Source: Malacoraja senta (taxonomy: Eukaryota). From it: a stretch of DNA of 59,190 nucleotides. Both the position numbers and the translations under genes were made by a program. The notes under the pieces were generated by a model, which saw only the letters and a list, made by a program, of their open reading frames with translations, was not told the origin of the DNA and searched no databases. Shown one piece after another: positions 50,787 through 59,190 of the stretch (position 1 is its first letter; the number at the start of each line of letters is the position of its first letter). The stretch is from NCBI GenBank assembly GCA_038087875.1, contig JAXLNO010000065.1:372001-431190 (forward strand), given 5' to 3'.

Positions 50787-51226
50787 TAAACTAAACCTGT
50801 GGTGTTTTATGCCCAGATATGATGGGGGAAAGTTGACCTTGGTGACAACTTGGCTCATTTGGAAGCTTATACACTTCTGGGACAGAATCAAAGAGTCATT
50901 CAGCGTGGAAACAGGCCATTCTGTTTATTCTCTGAAGGTGCAGCACAATATTCTGCTTTCTGGAGACATTAGAAACTGCAAATGCTGGAATCTGGAGCAA
51001 AGCACAAAGTGCTGGAACAGCTCAGCAGGTCAGACAAAATCAGAGGGAATGGATAGATGATGTTTGTATCGGGAACCCTCTTCAGACTGGGACAGCCCCA
51101 AGCAAAACATCACCGATCCATTGCCTCCACAGATGTTGCCTGACCCATTGAGTTCCTCCAGCACTCCTCCAGTATATTCTGTTTATTTTCTCTTTTCATG
51201 TGGGGCATTAAAACCTTCACATTATT

Positions 51227-52270
51227 TAGGTATGTTACAAAACTTACCTTCAGCGGCGCTGCAGTTCTGTCACTGCCCGTGTGCGCGACTTTGGCGCCTT
51301 TGAGAGGGGGGCGGGTTTAAAATGCGATATTTCAGCAGCCTATTCAAATCGATGTCTGTCAGGTAAATTAGCTGCTAAAGAAAAATCGCTTCGACTGCCG
51401 TTTTATTAAGTTTATTAAAATTAGCGCTGGATAATTAAATTGTTGGAGTAAAATTAAAATCATCTTCAAATGCCGTCAACGCCGACAACGGGGACGGATT
51501 TCACGCACGGGACAAGGCAAGGTATGCTGTTTATTTTTTCATATAAACTTGCTTCTTAGGATGCCCTTAATCAAAATTTCTCATTGCGAAAATGTGACTA
51601 TGTAAATATACCAACTGGCAGTATTTTTCCTGCCGATATTGGGGTTTAAATTCACTGCAACCACAACGTTCCAAACCAGCGTGTTCCACAAAAACCCACT
51701 CGCAAGATGATTTAAATGCCCATTAATTTACAGGAATTAAACACTAAATTCCTTCCATTTGGCCTATAAATTCATGACAATGAGATTTAAAAATAATGTT
51801 ATATTGTGAATTCTTGTGTGAATCTTATTTGGGCACTTAGGCTTTCAAAAAATGTTAACCTTTTCTTAAGTAATGGATAGATATTTAAATCTAGTAATTG
51901 AATTTTGTAATTAGCTACAATTGGGTAACTAACTAATTATATGCTTTAATTTCAGGTCATCCAAGTAAGATTGTTTCATATTTGGTTCAGAATGCTCCAA
52001 TCTATAATAACTGAAAATTTCATTGTTCTCTTAATTTTTAAGAAAGTTATGGGCTTTTGACTGTCCTTGATCACAGCTTTTGTGTTAAGTCAATGGAAAA
52101 GCAATAGGGAACAAGATGCTAATTTCCGAGTATGAAAATGGCCATAACATTTTTAACACTGAAGATATGAAAGTGAATTAGGTGTCAAATTAAATTTCTT
52201 TTTATGCTTTAACTGATGGGATAAATTGCAGACTTGATTTTTAAAATCTCAAAATTTTGTAACATTGCTA
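51227..52270. mobile_element. ~1.04-kb non-autonomous DNA transposon
   Basis: Imperfect 16-bp TIRs TAGGTATGTTACAAAA / TTTTGTAACATTGCTA; flanking duplication (A)CATTATT (7-8 bp); no ORF; AT-rich right half. Confidence 0.75.
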
Positions 52271-54738
52271 CATTATTGTACATCCAATGTCCAAATCAGG
52301 GCCAGGCAGACCCTGCAACACCGCCTTTATGGCTTCACTTAAAGCAACTTGGACTTTGAAAATGGTGCCAAAACCTGGCGACTCTTGTATATTGTCTCAA
52401 TGGACTATTACTATACACTTTGAACTTAATCTAAAATTGTGCTCATGTATAGTAATACTTTACTGAACTGTATGCAAAAAACTGAATTTCACTGTACCTC
52501 AGTACATGTGACAATAAAGAACCATTGAACCATTGAGCATTGCTTGAGGTATTTTACTTCGGAGTCACGTGAGTGACTACGTGAAGAAGACCGTCAACCC
52601 GCATGCGCGTCATTACGTCTGACGCATGGCGCAACGGCTGACTGACAGGCGCGCTGCTCCTGCCAGCGGTACGTTTAAACCTGCAGGTAGGTTTTAAACT
52701 TTCCAGATTATGTTTCTATTGCAGGAATCTCTTCTCACAGACTTTTCCTGCTGGATTTCGGGGCGAAGTCGGGTCGGGCCGCGGAGAAACCTTTATGGAA
52801 CGCGTCCCAGTCACGGACCGTGGTGAATCCCGGTCACAACCTCAGGGAATCCCGGCCACGGACCGCAGGGAACCGGCTACGGAGACCGCGGAAGTGCGGG
52901 TAGCGGCGGTGGTCAAATTCGCCTTCCGAGTCGCTGGCAGTGGAGCCAACGGCGTCAGACTGGTGCCGGCAGCACCTTGGCAAACCCGCTTGGAGGGTAG
53001 CCACGGAGAAAGTCTGTACGGCCCGTTGACTCAAACGAGTCAGGCCAGGAGGATTCCTGATGGAGAGGATCCCCTCCTTCTATGGGTAGCATCTTCGGAC
53101 GTCTAACCCACATGGAGCACCTGATGGAGAGGTGCTCCACAATGGTATGCTCCACGGAGAGTGTTATATCACCGCGGGTCTCTGCGGGGCCCGCGGCAAC
53201 AGCACCTGTGTACAGGGTTGCACACTGTCTCCCTCTCTGAGGAGGGGAGCAGTCAGGGTCAGTTCTGTCTGACTCGGAGTTCGGAGATATAGCCGGGGAG
53301 CATACCAGGAGGCACGAAGGATATGGTCCGTGGAGGGGCCATATCAGCGCAGGTCTCCTCGGGGCCTGCGGCAGCACCTTTTTCAGGGCTGCTCACTATC
53401 GCCCTCGCTATGAAGAGGATGCGAGGGGTCAGTGTGTAACTGACTCCAAACTCGGAAGTATGTCCGTGGCACATAATGGAGTTCCCGAAAGTGCTGGCAG
53501 TGAACAGCGCTATCAGGGGTGACGTTGGAGGGGCATGGTACGCCAGGAAACCAACCGCCGTATCTTCTATTCAGGTAAGCCTATTTAACAGGTGAGACCT
53601 GCATGAGGGAGCTAAAGCTGTCGAACTACAAGTACAGCCTCATCGTTTCGGCGACAATACACCCCACGCCTCCATCGGCAGTCAGCGGTTCACTGAAGCT
53701 GGTGGCAGCCAGCAAGCTGGGCAGAGGTCTTTTAGGCCAAGGCCCAAGCCGGTCTCAGGAAAAATATGGAATCCACGTACCCTACCAGTCCTACTCTCCA
53801 ATCAAGGATGGAAATAGAACCCGCATCAGGGGCCTTTGGGCTTACCATAAGACCACCGGTAACCATGAAGGTAGGTGGGTTTGGTTCTTTCCGAAACATG
53901 GGATATGTGGACCATTTACAAGTTGGTAATACTTATTTTTGTACAAATGGAGATATTTGAAATTTAGCTTGATGGGGCAATGATAACAGTTAACGCAGTG
54001 CTTGGGCTGCTTAGAGCTCAAAAACACTTGTTAAAGCCTATCTACATGATATTCTAAACGCTGTATTTTGCTAAAATTAACTGTTTTCGGCCGCACTATT
54101 TTTGAGAGATTGGGATTTACCTTTAACTCTATTAATTTGCAGTGTACTCCGCCCTGCAGCAAGAGATTGGTAATAAAAGCCTGTAACAATCTTGTTGTTA
54201 TGAAGCAGCCTCTATTCATCAAGAGTAATTGGCAATATAATGGCTGTGTTTTTTCAGCTGTGCATTTGGACCTTTGCATTATCAGAACATAACATGCAAA
54301 GGAGTAATTCTTCAGTGCCATGTAGGTCATTATTAACAGACCTATCCTGTAGCTGAAGCTATCTTAGTCACTATGGTGGACGAACTATATTCAACATTGC
54401 TCCTGTAACTTTTGCTCAGTAACTCTTCAGTTATATTACAAACTGATACTAGTACTCAAAGATGAAAAATTATGAATACCATCTCTAGTTACGGAGGCGG
54501 ATGGGCTTTGCATGAGTTACCTATTTTCAGTTATATGGTATCAACTACCTATAAGACACTAGGTGTATTCTATGGGTTAAAAGTTTATTGTGCGAATATG
54601 CATAATCTGCATGCTCAACTCCAAGTTGATACACTATGGTGGTGGCATATGTTAATCACATGGGTGCAGTCAAGTTAAATATCCTGTGATAATTTACCTA
54701 ACCCCATTTGACGCTGGTGTATCATCACGTAAAAAGCT

Positions 54739-55085
54739 ATGACAACACAGAATGGATGTTGTATCACAAAGTATTTAATGACATTGTGGTCCGATGGAAC
54801 ACCGAATATCAATATGTTTGCATCCAGGCTCTATCACCATTGTAAAAATATGTGGCACAGTGGCAATAGATGTATTCTCGCTACACTGAGGAGGAATGTT
54901 CTTTATGTCTTTCCTCCATTTTGACTCATCAGTCGGGCCTTGCACAAAATCCAGCAAGATCTCGCCTCAGGCATTTTGCACTGCCTGACTGGCCTATGCA
55001 GCCATGGTTCCCGCTAAATGTTGGGAATGATATAGGACCTTATATGGTTATCCTAAACACAAAAAATTGGTTGTTCACCCCGTGA
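54739..55085 (+). pseudogene. DIRS A DNA adenine methyltransferase-like domain (frameshifted)
   Basis: TPNINMFASRLYH, LYVFPPF, LPDWPMQPWFP. Confidence 0.7.
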
Positions 55086-55149
55086 CTTAGTAAACCATCC
55101 TCTGCATGATTAAATCAATTTATAGACTTGAAGACTCTGAGAAGACCGT

Positions 55150-55960
55150 TCGGTGGCTCGGGTAGCCAGACCGATCTATGTACGTGCTCACTGCAGAGTG
55201 CAGGGATAGCACCGAGTAAGCAGCACATTTTTCCTCATCAGGAGATGGGAAGTGTTTTGTTTTTGTGCCAACGTGCTTTCTCATCATAGTTGCTGCAGCG
55301 ATCGGGACCCACTCTGTCGGGTCTCACCCTCTGATATCCAGATTTATAAGGATATCTTTAACGCAAATTCTCCCAGGCCCAGGTACTCGGAGATATGGGA
55401 TGTTAGCATTGTTTTTAAACTGTTTCGCCAGTAGGGCCCAGCTACATCTCTATCACTTGTCAAACTCACTTACAAAGTGGTTATGCTCATGGCGCTAGTC
55501 TCAGCGCAACTGATCCAGCCACTACTTATATTGCGACTGGACAGGATGGTTACATCTGCTAATAATATAATATTTTATGTTTATGATGTAATTAAGCAGA
55601 TCAGACCAGGGGCGTCAGATCCCAAACTATTTCTCATGGCATACCCCATGGACCTTTGGTTGTCTGTAGTCACTCATTTACATCAATAGGTCACCGAGAG
55701 CTTTAGAGGCTCTGTACTAGCAATGTTTGTTAGTTACTAAAAACCTCATAACGGTATCTATCCAAACCATCTCCAGGTGGTCAACGGGGTTTGGCTTATG
55801 CAGGAGTAGATACTAAATGTTTCTATCTCACTCCACTAGGGCTGCTACTACATTAGCAGCAAGGGTCATGTATGTTCCACTGGACCGCATCCTAGCGGCT
55901 GCAGGATGGCCAAACGAACGAACTTTCCAACTTTTTATAATAACCCATTGCCAGACCAGG
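55150..55960 (+). pseudogene. DIRS A tyrosine recombinase (frameshifted)
   Basis: PRPRYSEIWDVSIV, MLMALVSAQ, SHSTRAAT...ILAAAGW.NERTF. Confidence 0.75.
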
Positions 55961-56754
55961 GGTATTTGCCAAATTCCATTTATGTTTTGTATCATAGTTT
56001 CCCCCAGGATGGGAGGAGTTACTATTATTTTCCTTTGATGATTAAAGCATCAGCATTTTTTCATGGCTGAATGCATTAATCTTATTCACTCATCCATGGT
56101 CAATTGATGCAGTGTGTGACGCATGGACTCGTATCTGGCATGAAATCATAGAGCTTCAAAGTCTTCACGTAGTCACTCACGTGACTCCGAAGTAAAATAG
56201 TAAGATTAAACAAGAACTTACCAGTTTGAAGTTTGATAGTAAGATTAAACGAGAACTTACCAGTTTGAAGTTTGATCTGTATTTTATGAGGAGTTACGAT
56301 GAGGGATTACGTGAAGAGCCCTTCCAGCACGCATGCGCGACATTCTTCAAAGCAGCGGTGTGGAATCACAGGAAACACAATAATTGAAATAAACATAGTA
56401 AAGAAAAGGAGAACTAAGATACCAGTTGATCTATAATTGAGGGTGGGAGCCGAGGGCACGTAATCCCTCATCGTAACTCCTCATAAAATACAGATCAAAC
56501 TTCAAACTGGTAAGTTCTCGTTTAATCTTACTATTTTACTTCGGAGTCACGTGAGTGACTACGTGAAGATTTTAAAGCTCTGTGATTTCAAACCGTGTAA
56601 CAGTTCATACTTCACTCGCTGCCGAAGTCATTCAAAGGAGGAAGTATGTTATCGTAATCAACCATAATCTGTTTGTAAACAATAATGGTATCTATTAAAC
56701 AATAACAAAAGACAAAATGCTCCCCCGGGCTTAAATTATATATTTTTGCAGATT

Positions 56755-57632
56755 TTAAACTCTTTCTGCAAATAACACAGGTTCTGCTAACGGCTTGTGG
56801 TAGAACGTTTGGAACGTTTTCTCCATGTTCATTCTTTTAGCCGCCGATGTGGATGCTGCCCTGGTGGAGTGAGATGTATATACATCAGTATCTACTCCAG
56901 CAGCTCCCAGTACCTGCTTGAGCCATCTCGAGATGGTTTGGCTCGACACCCAACCATGAGGTTTCTTGTGGCTAACCCATAAGGCTTCTTTTTTTTTCTT
57001 TTTTTTTTTCCCTTTTTTCTCCCTCGAGAATCTGTTGTTGTGTTGATGTAAGTGAATAAGTGAGTCATGACACACAACCGTACGTCAGGTGGGTATGCCC
57101 GGAAATCCATAACTAGGACTCAAGTTCCTGGCTTGCTCTGCTTTAGCAGCTCCTGAATGGTGAATGTGACCCGGTCTGGTGTTATAACCATGTTGTCCAG
57201 TCGCAGTAAGTGGAGGGACTGGACTCTTTGTGCTGAGACTAGTGGCATCAGCATGACCGTTTTCAGGGTTAGCTTTTCCAGGGTGAGAGACCTGGCTGGG
57301 GACCATCCCCTTAGGTATGTCAGGACCACACTGACATCCCAGATTTGGGTATACCTAGGTCTAAGAGGGTTGGAGTTGACGATACTTCTCATGAGTTTGA
57401 TCACCAGCGGTTGAGACCCTATGGCCTGTTGTCCTGGCACCTGTTTTAAGTAGGCTGACAGCGCACTTCTGGCAGTATTGATGGCGCTGTAGCTCAATCC
57501 TTCATTATGGTGAAGGCCCCCCAGGAACTCCAGTACATTGGTTATATTTGCAGATGAGTACGTTGTCCCAGTAGTCGAGCAGTATCTTTCCCACGTCCTG
57601 ATGCTCGATAGGTATTGTTTCCTGGTGGACAT
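56755..57632 (-). pseudogene. DIRS B tyrosine recombinase (frameshifted)
   Basis: STRKQY...LSYSAINTARSALS...PRYTQIWDV..VL..L...LKTVML..LVSAQRVQ; TISRWLKQVL..AG...SHSTRAASTS. Confidence 0.85.
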
Positions 57633-57799
57633 ACGGTGTCATCATGTTGATGGTCCTGTCAGACACCCCAGTCCCAGCAGTGGTCTTTTGATAATCTGCA
57701 ACCCAGTAGGTTAATTTTGTCATGGCATGGATGACTTATGCCTGATACAGGGTGCGTCAATAGGTCTGGGCTACTGGGAAAGGTCAGAGGAGTTTCGAT

Positions 57800-58138
57800 G
57801 ACCATGTCGAGGACCACTGGGAACCATGGCTGTGTAGGCCAGTTGGTACTATCAAAATACCTGAAGCAGAGTCCATCTGTATTTTGCGTAGTACCCTACA
57901 GATTAAGGCAGAAGGGGGGAAAAGCATAGAAGAAATAGGTCCCCCAGTTCAGCGCGAATGCATCTATCGCTGCTGCCTCAGGGTGTGGTTCCCAAGGGAC
58001 ATACATTGGTACGTGGTGATTTAGTCTGGATGCAAAGAGATCGATATCTGGTGTGCCATATTGGTTTGTAATTTTAGCAAAAGCTCTAGGATTTAACATC
58101 CATTCGGTGTTTATCATTGAATTTGCGTGACCTGGCAC
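57800..58138 (-). pseudogene. DIRS B DNA N6-adenine methyltransferase-like domain
   Basis: EWML..PDIDLFASRLN...DAF..NW...YAFPPF; WPTQPWFP downstream in another frame. Confidence 0.8.
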
Positions 58139-59190
58139 TGTATTTAGCTTACCTGGTAGGTAAGTTGCTGATAGCCAAATATGTCTATCGACCCACCATT
58201 ACCAGATTGTGTTGACCCAATTGTCACATGATATCGATTTTATTCCGCCCAGATGGTTAATATAGGCCACCACCGTGATATTATCAATTTGTAAATGAAC
58301 ATGCAAGTTGTGCATATTCCTAGAATATGCTTTAAAACCATAAAACACACCCAACATTTCCAAATAATTTATGCCCAGTGTTTGTAGTAAAGATGAGTCT
58401 AGGTTAGTCCATCTACCACCTGTGCTGGATATGGTATTAGTTGCTCCCCAGCCTTGAGCACTGTCATCTGTTTGTATAGTTAACGTTGGGTTATTGATGA
58501 TGATAGGGCTGGAACTATGCCAAATGTGTTATATCCACCATTGTAACTCTGATATTGCTTCAATGGGTAGTTTCATGGTTCGTTCAAAGTGAACTGCATG
58601 TCGTTTCAACGCCTGTACTTTTGCCCTTTGTAGGTGCTGATAGTGCAGGAGTCCAAATTGTGTAGCTGAAAATGCTGCTACCATTTTGCCAATTACTCTT
58701 GCCACTTGTCGGATGGTTGGTCGATTGCTTACCATTAAATTGTTGCACGTCTGTGCCAATTCTGCTGCTTTACCTTTTGGCAACATTACAGACATGTGGA
58801 TTGAGTTAATTGTGAATCCCAGATAGTCCATAGTTGTGGATGGCTTCAACTTAGATTTATCTGGATGTATGACAAAACCCAGGGTTTCAAACAATTGTTT
58901 GGTAGCTAATACAGCTGATTTAGCCAACTCCATGGTTTTGCCTACTATTAGGATATCATCAAGATACTCCATGACAATATGTCTTTGTTTTGTTAATGTT
59001 GCCAAGGCTGGTTTTAATATCTTGGTAAATAGTCTAGGGCTGATGTCAACCCATTAGGCAACACTTTATACTGCCATAGTTGCCCCATCCAGGTAAATTT
59101 CAGGTATCTGCGATGACCCTTGTGAATGGGTACTGAATAGTAGGCATCTTTTAAATCAATGCTTGCCATAAAGTATCGTTTGGAAATCAG
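58139..59190 (-). pseudogene. DIRS B reverse transcriptase / RNase H (disrupted)
   Basis: ORF 58529-59005 EYLDDILIVG...LGFVIHPDKS...YLGF; QTDSAQGWGA and QIDNITVVAYIN RNase H motifs. Confidence 0.85.

Larger units (their letters stand above)
52552..56237 (+). mobile_element. DIRS1-like tyrosine-recombinase retrotransposon A (ORFs heavily decayed; ends in its ICR)
   Basis: Left terminus 52552-52587 is the exact inverse of ICR half 56162-56197. Remnant motifs in order: putative gag region, RT, RNase H (QTDTS), methyltransferase (NMFASRLYH, YVFPPF, PDWPMQPWFP), YR (PRYSEIWDV, SHSTRAA, AAGW). Confidence 0.85.
56282..59190 (-). mobile_element. DIRS1-like retrotransposon B (better preserved; continues beyond the window)
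   Basis: RT YLDD, RNase H, methyltransferase and YR in DIRS order; ICR 56457-56569; right terminus 56282-56345. Confidence 0.9.

Noticed and set aside
57896..58138. Bacterial/phage methyltransferase plus integrase as contamination or a novel defence system
   Set aside because: Methyltransferase-like and tyrosine recombinase domains downstream of RT/RNase H are the standard DIRS1-like architecture, here embedded in vertebrate repeats.

Overview
Eukaryotic, repeat-dense, apparently intergenic or intronic DNA. The repeat complement (HE1-type V-SINEs, CR1, Rex1/Babar, Penelope-like remnants) points to a cartilaginous fish, probably a skate or ray; this is an inference. I could not support any host protein-coding exon, and almost all listed ORFs are spurious or decayed transposon fragments. 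Contents: about 25-30 tRNA-derived SINE copies; many CR1 and Rex1/Babar LINE fragments; a Tx1 3' end with a 12-bp TSD; and Penelope-like element (PLE) remnants carrying a minimal hammerhead-ribozyme motif, often as short fold-back insertions with TSDs. Also present are two copies of a hAT-type MITE (8-bp TSDs), PIF/Harbinger-type MITEs, a ~1 kb non-autonomous DNA transposon, a teleost-like CORE-SINE, and a rearranged Gypsy LTR element whose two ends are the same LTR end in inverted orientation. At the right end, two diverged DIRS tyrosine-recombinase retrotransposons are fused tail-to-tail exactly at an internal complementary region (ICR). Boundaries of degraded repeats are approximate; TSD/TIR coordinates were read directly from the sequence.
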